Positions 29,041 through 39,162 are shown, counted from the stretch's first letter. The stretch is 64,000 nucleotides of DNA from Candidatus Melainabacteria bacterium (GCA_902168245.1 CABHPA010000167.1:1202-65201); one strand, 5' to 3'. Notes: a model not told the origin generated them from the letters alone. Program-made: numbers and translations.

Positions 29041-31737
29041 TTATTCGCCTTCCGTGCCGGGCTGATGGTACAGCGCGCTGAAGATGCGATGCACGTCCGC
29101 CTCACCCTTGGTCATGTCTTCTTTATTGAGGCATTTGTAATATTCGCCAATGGTAATGGTCTTTTCCAACTGATCCAGCAGGATCAATCCTTCATCGCTG
29201 GCCTTTTTGCCCTTGTCCATCAACAGCACATTACTCAGCTTGTACAAGGGAATGCCGAAGAACCCCTCCACGCAATCCGGGTCGAAATGGCCGCCTGCGT
29301 CGCGCTTCATGATGGTCAGCACCTTGTCGAAGGCCATCCGGTTGCGGTAATGCCGTCGGGAGGTAATGGCGTCGAACACGTCGGAAATGGCCAGAATCCT
29401 GCCGGAAAGCAAAATCTCGTTCCCTTGCAAGCCCCGGTGATAGCCTGTGCCGTCCATTTTCTCGTGGTGGGAAGCCGCGATCTCCGGCACCAGTTGCAAG
29501 TGGCGCTCAAAGTGGACGTTTTTCAAGATTTCGTGGGTGTAATACACGTGCTTTTGAATGTGACGGTACTCTTTTTCGGTCAGGCGGCCATCTTTTTTCA
29601 GGATGTCCTCGCGAATCCCAATTTTGCCGATGTCATGCAGCAGCGAAGCATAGCGCAGCGCCTCCACATCGGAATCCTGTAGTTCCATTTCCTCGCCCAG
29701 CAGCACGGCGTACTCGGCCACCCGTTCGGAATGGCCTGCCGTAATGGGGTCTCGCGCGTCAATCGTGCTGGATAGGGTTTTAACGAAGCTGTCGAAGGAG
29801 ATTTTCATTTCCTTGGCCAGGGTGGCGTTTTCGATTGCCACGCCCGCGTTGGTGGAAATGGCGGTCAGCAGGTCTTCATCTACTTTGTCGAAGTGGGACT
29901 TGCGCTTGTTCAGAACCTGGAACACGCCGATGATTTCCATTTTGCGGTTGCGCATAGGCATACATAGAATGTTCTGGGTGCGATAGCCGGTTTTCTTGTC
30001 GATTTCCTTGTTGAAGCGAGGGTCTTCGTAGGCGTCTTTAATATTCAACACTTCGCCGGTTTTCACCACGTAGCCCGCCAGCCCCAGGTGGGCGGGAAAA
30101 CGGATTTCCTCGCTGGTATCCAGCCCGGTAGCAACTTTAGACCAGAGCTCATTGCTGTCCCGGTCGTAAATAAACACGGTGCAACGGTCGGCATCCAGGG
30201 CCAGCTCGGTTTCGCTTTTGATGAGGGTCAGCAGCTTGTCCAAATCCCGTTCGGCGGCCATGGCCTGGCCTACTTTCAGCAGGGAAACCAATCGCTTGTT
30301 GGGGCTGCCTTCCGGGTTGTCGCTTTCCTTGTCGCTCAGGGAGGACAAGGCGTCCATCAGGTTGGCTTCTTTTTCGAAGACCCGATCGTGATTAGCCCGC
30401 TTTTCAACGATGTCCTGCCACTTGTGCTCATCCAACCGGAAGATTTCATCTTCGATGTGGCTGATGATAAAGGTGAGTCCGTTGGCCTCACCAATGCGCA
30501 GGGCTTCCAGCATGCTGGCCAGCGCCAGCTTCGGCTCGTTCAGGTTCAGGTAGATTTTGCCCAGTTCGTAATAGGTTTTGGCCAGCTCCGCAATTTCGGC
30601 CTCTTCCTTGAAGATGGCGATCACTTCGCTCATCTCCTCAATGGCGCGGGTTTCCTGGCTGCTGCGGTAATGGATGCAGGCCAGCAGCCGGTAGGCCATG
30701 GCAAAGCCCTTGCGGCTTTCGTATTTTTTGAAGATAGGCAGGATGTCATGCTCCAGCAAGGCTTCCGCCCCGGCGAAATCCAGTTGGGCATATTTAATGT
30801 AAGCCTTGTAGAACTGGCTTTTTCCGTACAACACCCGCATGTCCCGACTTTGGCATTCTTGTTCCACTTCGTGGATCAGTTGCTGGGCTTTCTCCACATC
30901 GTTCTGGTAAATGCTCAGGCGAATCAGGTCGTTCTTGATGCGGCCCGAACGGTACAAATCCCCCGCCTCCTGCGCAATCTGGAGCGCCTGGGCCAGGTAT
31001 TCGGAGGCTTTGGGGTATTCTTCCCGTAAAATATGGATGCGCCCCATAATCTGGAAGGTCACCGCGCGCTCATAACTCTGCCCACAGCGTTTTTTAATGG
31101 CCAGGGCGGTTTCCAGGCACTGGATGGCCCGGTAGTAATCGTTGGTATGTTCGTAATGCACGGCCAGGCTATCGTATATTCTGGCAACCTCAATCCCGTC
31201 CGGTCGGCAGAAGGTTTTGGCGTACATGAAATTACGCACCGCCTCGCCATACTGTTTTTCGCGGTACCTCACCAATCCCTGATAATGCAGCAGGCGGGCG
31301 CGCACTTCGTTCACACCGGGTTCATGCATATGCACGTTAATCATCTTCACCGCTTCGGAAAACAAGCGGCTGGACTTGGACAAACCTTCGGTCTCGTCCT
31401 GGTTGTACTTAATCCAGGCCAGTTCCACCAGACATTGAATGGCCCCCAGAAAATGCCGCTGCATCAGGTAATGGCCGTACGCCTTTTCCAGGCATTCAAT
31501 GGCCTTGTCCGATTCCTTCTTGAAGTTGTGCAGCATTCCGGATTCATAAAGCTGGTGCGCGCGCTCCAGATCGGCATCCCGATTAGACAGCCGCACCGGC
31601 GCCTCGTCCGGGGAATGCTCAAAAATCTGCCCCAGATCCTGAATACTTTCGCCCACCGAAACCAACCCCTGAATCGAGTCGTAGTAGGTGCTGTCCTCGA
31701 AACCGTTCGGTTCTATTTTTTCAGGACCCTTGGCCAT
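29041..31737 (-). CDS. TPR-GAF-HD-GYP domain protein (c-di-GMP phosphodiesterase family; GYP motif reads GYH)
   Basis: N-terminal TPR-like repeats, GAF domain, HD motif LLHDIGKIGI and HHEKMDGTGYHRGL. Confidence 0.85.
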   Translation of the reverse strand: MAKGPEKIEPNGFEDSTYYDSIQGLVSVGESIQDLGQIFEHSPDEAPVRLSNRDADLERAHQLYESGMLHNFKKESDKAIECLEKAYGHYLMQRHFLGAIQCLVELAWIKYNQDETEGLSKSSRLFSEAVKMINVHMHEPGVNEVRARLLHYQGLVRYREKQYGEAVRNFMYAKTFCRPDGIEVARIYDSLAVHYEHTNDYYRAIQCLETALAIKKRCGQSYERAVTFQIMGRIHILREEYPKASEYLAQALQIAQEAGDLYRSGRIKNDLIRLSIYQNDVEKAQQLIHEVEQECQSRDMRVLYGKSQFYKAYIKYAQLDFAGAEALLEHDILPIFKKYESRKGFAMAYRLLACIHYRSSQETRAIEEMSEVIAIFKEEAEIAELAKTYYELGKIYLNLNEPKLALASMLEALRIGEANGLTFIISHIEDEIFRLDEHKWQDIVEKRANHDRVFEKEANLMDALSSLSDKESDNPEGSPNKRLVSLLKVGQAMAAERDLDKLLTLIKSETELALDADRCTVFIYDRDSNELWSKVATGLDTSEEIRFPAHLGLAGYVVKTGEVLNIKDAYEDPRFNKEIDKKTGYRTQNILCMPMRNRKMEIIGVFQVLNKRKSHFDKVDEDLLTAISTNAGVAIENATLAKEMKISFDSFVKTLSSTIDARDPITAGHSERVAEYAVLLGEEMELQDSDVEALRYASLLHDIGKIGIREDILKKDGRLTEKEYRHIQKHVYYTHEILKNVHFERHLQLVPEIAASHHEKMDGTGYHRGLQGNEILLSGRILAISDVFDAITSRRHYRNRMAFDKVLTIMKRDAGGHFDPDCVEGFFGIPLYKLSNVLLMDKGKKASDEGLILLDQLEKTITIGEYYKCLNKEDMTKGEADVHRIFSALYHQPGTEGE

Positions 31738-32088
31738 TACCGTTCCTTAGCTTGGGGATACATGCATACTGTGGGGGCGGGGCGTTCCAGCCGGATCATG
31801 CGGACGTTTTGCTCATTCATCCAATCCGTACTGTCCATCATAAAAAATGGAAGGCCGCATCTGCTTCCCTTATCCGGTGGAGTTTAGGGGCAAGCGGCAT
31901 GGCATTGTGCTGCCTGTATGGGTATTGGGTTGTGCTTCAAGCATGGGTTCAGAATTCAAAAAACATCTTACGTTTGTGGTGTCGGCGCACCGTGCCGATT
32001 CTTTAAAGAAGATTGAATTTTTTTAAAAAGCCGCGCAAAATATAACTCTTGGGCTATGATAAGAGTGAATCGTATTTTGTGGTACTGA

Positions 32089-33618
32089 TTGGCGATTGAA
32101 GTGGCAGCAGAGAGAAGCACCAGCCCGGAACTTCCGGAGAATAACAGCAAAAAGGCCAAGCCGGTGATCCTGGTAATCCATCAGGATGATCTCATCGTCA
32201 ACTTGTGCCGCACCGTGCTGGAAAAGCACGGCTTTGAAATCGAATTCGCCTCCGATGGCACCGAAGGCGTGCAACGGGTATACCAGGCCATTCCGGATGT
32301 AATTCTGGCGGGCAGTTCCGCCCCGGAACTGAACGGGTACCAGATTTGCCGACTGATCAAAAACGACCCGGTCATGCGGAAAATCCCGCTATTGCTGATT
32401 GCCGACCTGGGCCTGAAAATGGATCGGTTCTGGGCCATGAAGGCCGGGGCCGACGATTTTCTGGAAAAAGATGAGCTGGAAGCCAAGCTGCTCAAAAAAA
32501 TCACCATGGTGCTGGATATTTACGACCGCATGGATATCGAGGAAAAGCGCCTGCTGAAGGCTAACAACGAGCGGAATCCGTTTAATATCCGCACCCGGCT
32601 GAACCAGATTCTGGACACCTCGCTGGTGGAGTCCATGCTGATGGTGGAGTTCCGCAGCCTGGCCGATCTGGTGCATGATTCGGCCCTGCTGAATTACATG
32701 TTGTTCAGCCTGCTGGAAAGCATTCTGGAATACGATGCGGCGGCCATTTTCTATAACGATGAAAACCGTGGCCCGCGCCAATTAACCGTGCATTTGCCCG
32801 ACAATGGCAAGCAGCCGCCTGCCCAGATCGAAAAGATGATGGGTGAATTTTTCGGCCGGTTTCAGGATCGGGGCTTGACTGCCGCGCAACTGGAATTGCA
32901 GGAATCTGAAGTGATTGGCGCGCTGGATGACGCTGCCCCGCCCACCGAATACGCCACCGCCTATGTCAAGGAAGTGCGGCTGGACGCCCGGTTGATTGGC
33001 GCGGTCGCCTTTTATTCAAAACAGAAGGTGGATTACACGCGGGTGTTCCCGGTGCATTTGATTGAAGATGAAATCCGCCTGCTGATGAAGCTGCGCCATT
33101 TGTATTCCCAGGCGGAAACCCTGGCCATTACTGATAGCCTGACCGGGCTGTTCAACCACCGGCATTTCATGGCGGTGCTGCAACGGGAGTTTAAAGCCTC
33201 CAAGCGGTACGAGCAGGACTTGTCCCTGGCGTTCATCGGCATCGACCATTTCCGCCAACTGAACGACGACTGGGGCCATGCCTGCGGCGATGAAGTGTTG
33301 CGGCATATCGCAAAACTCATGGACGCCAGTTTCCGCAGCGTGGACATTTCGGCCCGTTTTGGCGGCAAGAACCTGGCGGTGCTGCTGCCCCAGACCCCTC
33401 GCGACCAGGCGCTCATCGCGCTGGAGCGCTTTCGGAACAAGGTGGCGCAAGCTCCCCTACAATGGCGGGATGAGCAGATTCCGCTGAGCGTCTATTGCGG
33501 CCTGGTGTCCATCGGGGAACAATCGGCGTCGGTTTCAGTCCTGATCAAGCAGGCTGAGGACGCTTTGACGGCTGCCCGCAATCAGGAAGGCAACCGCATT
33601 GAGATTTCCCCCGCCTGA
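32089..33618 (+). CDS. pseudo-receiver + degenerate GGDEF domain protein with intact I-site (probable c-di-GMP receptor)
   Basis: REC-like domain with phosphoacceptor position Ala (PDVILAGSSAP); GGDEF domain with RSVD I-site followed by GGKNL instead of GGDEF/GGEEF; TTG/GTG start. Confidence 0.8.
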   Translation: MAIEVAAERSTSPELPENNSKKAKPVILVIHQDDLIVNLCRTVLEKHGFEIEFASDGTEGVQRVYQAIPDVILAGSSAPELNGYQICRLIKNDPVMRKIPLLLIADLGLKMDRFWAMKAGADDFLEKDELEAKLLKKITMVLDIYDRMDIEEKRLLKANNERNPFNIRTRLNQILDTSLVESMLMVEFRSLADLVHDSALLNYMLFSLLESILEYDAAAIFYNDENRGPRQLTVHLPDNGKQPPAQIEKMMGEFFGRFQDRGLTAAQLELQESEVIGALDDAAPPTEYATAYVKEVRLDARLIGAVAFYSKQKVDYTRVFPVHLIEDEIRLLMKLRHLYSQAETLAITDSLTGLFNHRHFMAVLQREFKASKRYEQDLSLAFIGIDHFRQLNDDWGHACGDEVLRHIAKLMDASFRSVDISARFGGKNLAVLLPQTPRDQALIALERFRNKVAQAPLQWRDEQIPLSVYCGLVSIGEQSASVSVLIKQAEDALTAARNQEGNRIEISPA

Positions 33619-33678
33619 TATTAGAATTGGGGGATATCGACAGAGCTTGTCGGGACGCTCCCGGCTGAGGACTGAAAC

Positions 33679-34761
33679 TTGGAAGACATACGCTACTCGG
33701 AAGACGTGAAAGACACGGTTGGCTTGGCCGGAAAACTGGCCCGCAAGGCAAACCGCCCGGCGATTAACGATCGGGACTACTTGCATGGGCTGTTGATGAC
33801 CCACCGCAAGTTCAACCGGCTGGATGCGCTGCTGGGGGAAATGAAAGTCTCCGCCGCGCGGCTGCGGGCCGAGCTGAGCGCCCCGTCCAACGATCCGCCG
33901 CCCGCCCCCACGTCCGACCTGCTCAAGAATTCGGAAATTATCGCCAAGGGCAGCCGCAACGGCGCGGAGTTCAAATCCGTGACCACGGTGGATGTGGAAG
34001 ATCTGCTGAAAGCGTTGTGCATGTCTGCCGATCCGGTAGTCAGTCGGGTGATTCGGGACAATAAAATTTCGCCGGAGCGGATTGATCTGGCCCTGCAGTC
34101 GGTCAAGCGCAAAAAGGGGAAACTCTCCTTCCTGTATTTCGGTCGGGAGTTGGTCGAAGTGGTGGCCTTCGTTCTGTTTTTCCTGATCCTGATTAAAAGC
34201 TTCCTGGGCGAATTGCGGCTGATTCCCTCCGAATCGATGGTGCCGGGCCTGCAGGTGAACGATCGGCTGGTGATTGAACGAGTTACGCCCTGGTTTCGCT
34301 CTTATCAGCGCGGGGACGTACTGGTGTTCTACCCGCCCATGACTGAGCTGAAGAACGATCCGTGGAGCGTTTTCCTGCGCCTTACTGGGTTTTCCGGCCT
34401 GATGTACCGCAAGGAAGACAATATTGACGTGGCTTACATCAAGCGGCTGATTGGCCTGCCGGGCGATCTGGTGAACGTGAAGCCCGGCGTGGGGGTCTTT
34501 GTCAACGGCAAAATGCTGGATGAGCCTTACGTCAACGAAATCGCCAACACCTGCACCCAGGTGCGCCCGGAGCCTTATTGCGGGCCGGTAAAGGTTCCGC
34601 CGAACAGCTATTACATGATGGGTGACAACCGAAACCTGAGCCTGGATAGCCGCTATTGGGGCTTTGCCCGCGAAGACCGGGTCATCGGGCGGGCTGTTTT
34701 CCGGATCTGGCCGCCGGACAGAATCGGCACATTGCCGGCTGCGCCGTACCAACAGCCATAA
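33679..34761 (+). CDS. lepB: signal peptidase I with N-terminal cytoplasmic double Clp_N-like repeat domain
   Basis: SPase I boxes SESMVP (Ser), GDNRNLSLDSRYWG; N-terminal 150 aa show two Clp_N repeats (INDRDYLHGLLM.., VDVEDLLKALCM..); TTG start with GAGGA RBS. Confidence 0.8.
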   Translation: MEDIRYSEDVKDTVGLAGKLARKANRPAINDRDYLHGLLMTHRKFNRLDALLGEMKVSAARLRAELSAPSNDPPPAPTSDLLKNSEIIAKGSRNGAEFKSVTTVDVEDLLKALCMSADPVVSRVIRDNKISPERIDLALQSVKRKKGKLSFLYFGRELVEVVAFVLFFLILIKSFLGELRLIPSESMVPGLQVNDRLVIERVTPWFRSYQRGDVLVFYPPMTELKNDPWSVFLRLTGFSGLMYRKEDNIDVAYIKRLIGLPGDLVNVKPGVGVFVNGKMLDEPYVNEIANTCTQVRPEPYCGPVKVPPNSYYMMGDNRNLSLDSRYWGFAREDRVIGRAVFRIWPPDRIGTLPAAPYQQP

Positions 34762-34770
34762 CCGAGCCTT

Positions 34771-34799
34771 GCACACGTCTTGCGAAAATACAGTATAAT
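34771..34799 (+). promoter_or_regulatory. sigma70-like promoter (TTGCAC-N19-TATAAT) upstream of nuclease/xseAB/glpK gene string
   Basis: perfect TATAAT at 34794-34799; spacer slightly long. Confidence 0.3.
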
Positions 34800-34860
34800 G
34801 GGAATCATCTAGCAAGAAAGGGGCTTCGCTATTCATAAAGAGGATGAGAATACAGAAAGC

Positions 34861-35370
34861 TTGCCGATGATCGAGCTTTACGTGATGGGTATTGCTTTGG
34901 ATACCCGCACGGGAACCCCGATCGTCGTACTGAACGATCAGGAAAACAGGCGGGCGCTGCCCATCTGGATCGGGACGGCGGAGGCCAGCGCCATTATCCG
35001 GCAGTTGGAGGATATCAAATCCGCCCGGCCCATGACCCATGATCTGCTGTTCAGCATTATTGAAACCACGGAATACGCCATCACCAAGATTGAAATCAAC
35101 GATATCAGTTCTGACACCTATTACGCGACCATCTATTTGAATGGGAAAGATGGGAAGCAGCATATCATTGACTCGCGTCCGTCCGATGCGATTGCGCTGG
35201 CGCTGAAGGCCAAGGTGCCTATTTTCGCCACGGCCAACGTGATGGCGGAAGGCACCATTTCCACCGACCAGGAGCGAGATGAGGCCGAAGCGCAGGAATT
35301 TCGCAATTTCCTGAGCAATTTGAAAGCGTCCGATTTCAAATTTGACGGCGATATCGAATCAAACCAGTAA
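34861..35370 (+). CDS. bifunctional nuclease (BFN/DUF151) family protein
   Basis: PIWIGTAEASAI and RPMTHDLL motifs of DUF151 family. Confidence 0.75.
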   Translation: MPMIELYVMGIALDTRTGTPIVVLNDQENRRALPIWIGTAEASAIIRQLEDIKSARPMTHDLLFSIIETTEYAITKIEINDISSDTYYATIYLNGKDGKQHIIDSRPSDAIALALKAKVPIFATANVMAEGTISTDQERDEAEAQEFRNFLSNLKASDFKFDGDIESNQ

Positions 35371-35463
35371 ACTCCGGCCAGTCAATTCCGAGGTGAGAAT
35401 TGTCGGGTATCGCGTTGGTTTCCGTCGATAATTTTTATTGGGATCTCCGTTCATCACTGGGCG

Positions 35464-35492
35464 GGACAACAGGCTTTCTTTCGGGCTATAAT
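35464..35492 (+). promoter_or_regulatory. sigma70-like promoter (GGACAA-N17-TATAAT) upstream of xseA
   Basis: TATAAT at 35487-35492; AAGGAAAGAGAG RBS before ATG 35520. Confidence 0.35.
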
Positions 35493-35519
35493 AAGCGGGT
35501 TTGAAGGAAAGAGAGCAGC

Positions 35520-36827
35520 ATGCCCCGCGGTAAGGCCCCCAAAAGTAAAAGCGGCGATCCCAGCCAGCAAACGCTGGACTTTGCGGCCATGATGCTGGGC
35601 GACAGTCTGGACGTCCCCGTTAAAAAACAGTCCTACAGCGTTTCGGAAATTACCGCGCTACTGGAGGAGGCCATAGAGGAACACCCTACACTGGGCGGTT
35701 CCGTGGTGGTGCAAGGTGAATTGTCCAACGTCAAACGCTCCTCGCGCGGGCATGTGTATTTCACGCTCAAGGACGAAGGCGCGTCCATCGGCGGCATTTT
35801 ATGGGCCAGCACGGCCAACCGACTCAACTTCGACCTGGAAGACGGGCTGGAAGTTTATCTTACCGGGCGGCTGGAGATTTATCGCCCCAGCGGCAGTTAT
35901 TCCATTGTAGGCAGCAGAATAGAGCCGGTGGGCGTGGGCGCGTTGCAGCTCGCCTTCCAGCAAATCAAGGCCCGGTTAGAAGCTGAAGGGCTGTTTATGG
36001 AGGAGTTCAAGAAGCCCCTCCCTGAATTTCCGGAACGCGTCGGCATTATTACCTCGTCTACCGGCGCGGTGATTCACGATATGCTGCGGGTCATCCGCCG
36101 CAAAAACCCGCTGGTGGATGTGGTTTTAGCCCCGGTCAAAGTGCAGGGGGAGGGCGCCTCGCTGGAAATTGCCCAGGCCATACGGGAGTTGAACCATGCC
36201 CATTACAACCTGGATGTGATCATCCTGGGACGGGGCGGCGGCTCTTTTGAGGATTTGTTCTGCTTTAGCGAGGAGCCTGCGGTGCGGGCCGTATTTGAAA
36301 GCGCAGTGCCAATCGTAACCGGCATCGGGCATGAGCCGGATTATTCCCTGTGCGACGCGGCGGCGGATTATTCGGCTTCCACCCCCACGGCGGCGGCGGA
36401 TTGGGCGGTGCCGGACATTCAGGCGATTGTGGAGAACCATGCCATTCTGGCGCGTGATTTGCTGGAAAACATGGCCGAGTTGATTCTGTATTACGAACAA
36501 ACCCTGGACCATAACGCCACCCGGCTGGTGGAGCTGCACGAAAGCTGCCTGGAAAGTTGCGGGCATAAGCTTGAACAACGGCAAGAGCGCCTGCTTTCCC
36601 AATTTAACCTGGCGTTTCAAAAGCAGGAACAACGCCTGGCGGAAGCCGCCGCCGTGCTGGATGCCTATAACCCGCTGGCGACGCTGGCCCGCGGCTACGG
36701 TGTGGCCAGCGACAGTCAACGCAAAGTGATTCGCTCCGTCCGGCAGGTGAACGCTGGCGATGCGATAACGCTACGCGTGTCGGACGGGGAAATTCAATGC
36801 CAGGTGACTGGCCGACAAGAAGTTTAA
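35520..36827 (+). CDS. xseA: exodeoxyribonuclease VII large subunit
   Basis: OB-fold N-terminus VVVQGELSNVKRSSRGHVYFTLKD and ExoVII_L catalytic region. Confidence 0.9.
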   Translation: MPRGKAPKSKSGDPSQQTLDFAAMMLGDSLDVPVKKQSYSVSEITALLEEAIEEHPTLGGSVVVQGELSNVKRSSRGHVYFTLKDEGASIGGILWASTANRLNFDLEDGLEVYLTGRLEIYRPSGSYSIVGSRIEPVGVGALQLAFQQIKARLEAEGLFMEEFKKPLPEFPERVGIITSSTGAVIHDMLRVIRRKNPLVDVVLAPVKVQGEGASLEIAQAIRELNHAHYNLDVIILGRGGGSFEDLFCFSEEPAVRAVFESAVPIVTGIGHEPDYSLCDAAADYSASTPTAAADWAVPDIQAIVENHAILARDLLENMAELILYYEQTLDHNATRLVELHESCLESCGHKLEQRQERLLSQFNLAFQKQEQRLAEAAAVLDAYNPLATLARGYGVASDSQRKVIRSVRQVNAGDAITLRVSDGEIQCQVTGRQEV

Positions 36828-36882
36828 TTCAGCAGTTCGCATTTGCTGGCAACTTATATCCACATTCAGGAGAAATGAATTG

Positions 36883-37116
36883 ATGTCTAAATCCACCCCG
36901 ACTTTTTCCGAGGCTTCCGAGGCGCTGGACGCCATCGTGGAGCGGTTCCGTTCCGAATCCCTGCCGCTGGAGGAAGCCTTGACCCTGTTTGAGCAGGGCG
37001 TCCAGCATATTAAAGTTTGCCAAACTAAATTGACCGATGCCCGCGGGCAGGTGGAAGAACTGGTGAAGACCCTTCAGGCCGATGGTGAAAGCGTCACCCG
37101 CCCGTTCGAGGTGTAA
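36883..37116 (+). CDS. xseB: exodeoxyribonuclease VII small subunit
   Basis: FEEALTLFEQGVQHIKVCQTKL XseB motif; AGGAG RBS; directly after xseA. Confidence 0.85.
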   Translation: MSKSTPTFSEASEALDAIVERFRSESLPLEEALTLFEQGVQHIKVCQTKLTDARGQVEELVKTLQADGESVTRPFEV

Positions 37117-37122
37117 GACCGT

Positions 37123-38625
37123 ATGAATGAGCGCCGCTACCTGCTGGTTTTCGATCACGGCACCACCAGCATTCGAGCCTGCCTGATGGATCGCGAGGGC
37201 GTGATCGTGGCCCGCAACCAGGAGCAATTCGAGCAGATTTATCCGCAGCCCGGCTGGGTGGAGCATGACGCCAACACCTTGTGGCAAATTACCCTGCGGG
37301 TGAGCGAAGCGGTGCTGAAACAGCAGGGAATTGGCTGGGCCGACGTGGCGGCGGTGGGCCTGACCAACCAGCGGGAAACCACGGTACTGTGGGACAGGCA
37401 GACCGGCGAGCCAATTCACCATGCGATTGTGTGGCAGTGCAGGCGCACGGCGGATCGCTGTGAAACGCTGAAACAACAAGGTCATGCGGCCATGATCGGA
37501 CAGAAAACCGGGCTGGTGCTGGATGCGTATTTTTCAGCCAGTAAAATCGAGTGGCTGCTGAAAAACGTTCCCAAGGCGCAGGAATTGCTGGCCCAGGATC
37601 GCTTGTTATTCGGCACGGTGGATACCTGGATTCTCTGGAAACTCAGCGGCGGGCAGGCGAATGTAACCGATGCCACCAACGCCTCGCGCACCATGCTGTA
37701 CAACATTCACACCCGGCAATGGGATGCGGACTTGCTGACATTGTTTGGGGTATCGCCCAAGCTGCTGCCCGCAGTAAAGCAATCCAACGAAGTGTATGGG
37801 GCGGTCGATCCCGCGCTGACCGGCGGAGTTCATGTGCCGCTGGCAGGCATCGCGGGAGATCAGCAGGCGGCGTTGCACGGACAAAAATGCTGGACGCCCG
37901 GCACCGCAAAGAGCACTTACGGCACTGGCGCTTTTCTGGTGATGAACACCGGGGATCAGCCGGTACATTCCACCCAAGGGCTGCTGACCACCCTGGCCAC
38001 CAACGCCCAGGGCAAGCCCGCCTACGCGCTGGAAGGGGCCATCTTCTTCGCCGGGGCGGCAATTGAGTGGCTCACCAAAAAACTGGGGGCCATTGAGCAT
38101 GTGCGGGATATTGATACACTGGCCCAAAGTCTGGAGAGCAACGAGGGTGTTTACCTGGTGCCTGCCTTTGCAGGGTTGGGCGCGCCCTACTGGGACGCCA
38201 ACGCCAGGGCCGGGATTTTCGGCTTAACGCAAGATAGCGGCAAGGCCCACCTGGTGCGGGCTGCGCTGGAAGCTATGGCGTACCAGACCCGCGAAGTGCT
38301 GGACGCCATGCAGCAAGAAGCCCATCTTTCCCTGGAAGCGTTACGGGTAGATGGCGGCGTGACCCGCTCCAACTTCCTGATGCAGTTTTTGGCGGACATG
38401 CTGAATGTGCCGGTGGTTCGCGCGGATGACCCCGAACTGACCGCCAAGGGAGCCGGATATCTAGCGGGGCTGGCGGTGGGCTTCTGGGCCTCGCCGGAGG
38501 AAATTGCCCGCCTGCCGGAGCAGACCGAGCGATTTGAGCCGCGCATGGACGCTGAAACCCGCGACTCGCTGATGGCGGGATGGCGCCAGGCGGTCAGCCG
38601 GGTGTTGAGCAGATCATCAAAATAA
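37123..38625 (+). CDS. glpK: glycerol kinase
   Basis: FGGY kinase N-terminus YLLVFDHGTTSIRA, QPGWVEHDANTLW. Confidence 0.9.
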   Translation: MNERRYLLVFDHGTTSIRACLMDREGVIVARNQEQFEQIYPQPGWVEHDANTLWQITLRVSEAVLKQQGIGWADVAAVGLTNQRETTVLWDRQTGEPIHHAIVWQCRRTADRCETLKQQGHAAMIGQKTGLVLDAYFSASKIEWLLKNVPKAQELLAQDRLLFGTVDTWILWKLSGGQANVTDATNASRTMLYNIHTRQWDADLLTLFGVSPKLLPAVKQSNEVYGAVDPALTGGVHVPLAGIAGDQQAALHGQKCWTPGTAKSTYGTGAFLVMNTGDQPVHSTQGLLTTLATNAQGKPAYALEGAIFFAGAAIEWLTKKLGAIEHVRDIDTLAQSLESNEGVYLVPAFAGLGAPYWDANARAGIFGLTQDSGKAHLVRAALEAMAYQTREVLDAMQQEAHLSLEALRVDGGVTRSNFLMQFLADMLNVPVVRADDPELTAKGAGYLAGLAVGFWASPEEIARLPEQTERFEPRMDAETRDSLMAGWRQAVSRVLSRSSK

Positions 38626-39162
38626 ATCGGAAGATTCCAGCGCTTTGGGTATCAATAGCTGATATAACGGTTTTCCAACGGCCTGAACCAGCTTGATGGC
38701 ATTGTTAATGCTGATGTCCACTTCCTCTCGCTCAACCGCCCGCAGGAAATCCTGGGCCATGCCGGTTAGTTGCGCCATATCCGTTTTGGTCAACTGGAGT
38801 GCCTCGCGGAATTCTTGCAGGCGACGGGCAAACAGCTTGCGTTCGTATGGCACGTTCTGGGAATTATCGATAAACTGCTGATACAATTGCCAAATAGAGT
38901 CATCCGTCAGGTCATAGGTTTTGAAAAATTCCGGCTGCAACAGGTGAAAGAGGGGAACCTGAACCGCCTGCGCCAGAATCGCCATGGTATCGATGCCAAT
39001 GCCAACCCGCAACCGCTCCAAATCAGACAAATAAGGTTGGGACAGGCCGGTAATCCGCTGGATATCCTGCTGGCGCAAACCTGCGGCAAGCCTGGCCGAT
39101 TTGAAATTTTTGGCAAAAATCCGTTGCGCCACCGGAATCATTTTATTCAGTTGTGCAGCCAT
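38617..39162 (-). CDS. XRE-family transcriptional regulator with two tandem HTH domains
   Basis: two HTH_XRE-like units (LRQQDIQRITGLSQPYLSDLER.. and LQLTKTDMAQLTGMAQDFLRAVER..). Confidence 0.7.
   Translation of the reverse strand: MAAQLNKMIPVAQRIFAKNFKSARLAAGLRQQDIQRITGLSQPYLSDLERLRVGIGIDTMAILAQAVQVPLFHLLQPEFFKTYDLTDDSIWQLYQQFIDNSQNVPYERKLFARRLQEFREALQLTKTDMAQLTGMAQDFLRAVEREEVDISINNAIKLVQAVGKPLYQLLIPKALESSDLF

Noticed and set aside
30088-31887. Plus-strand ORFs 30088..31029 and 31033..31887 inside the HD-GYP gene
   Set aside because: Antisense to a gene with unambiguous GAF/HD-GYP motifs; low-complexity translation.
33535-35163. 542-aa minus-strand ORF spanning lepB and nuclease genes
   Set aside because: Antisense to two genes with clear catalytic motifs; repetitive Arg/Gln/His-rich translation.
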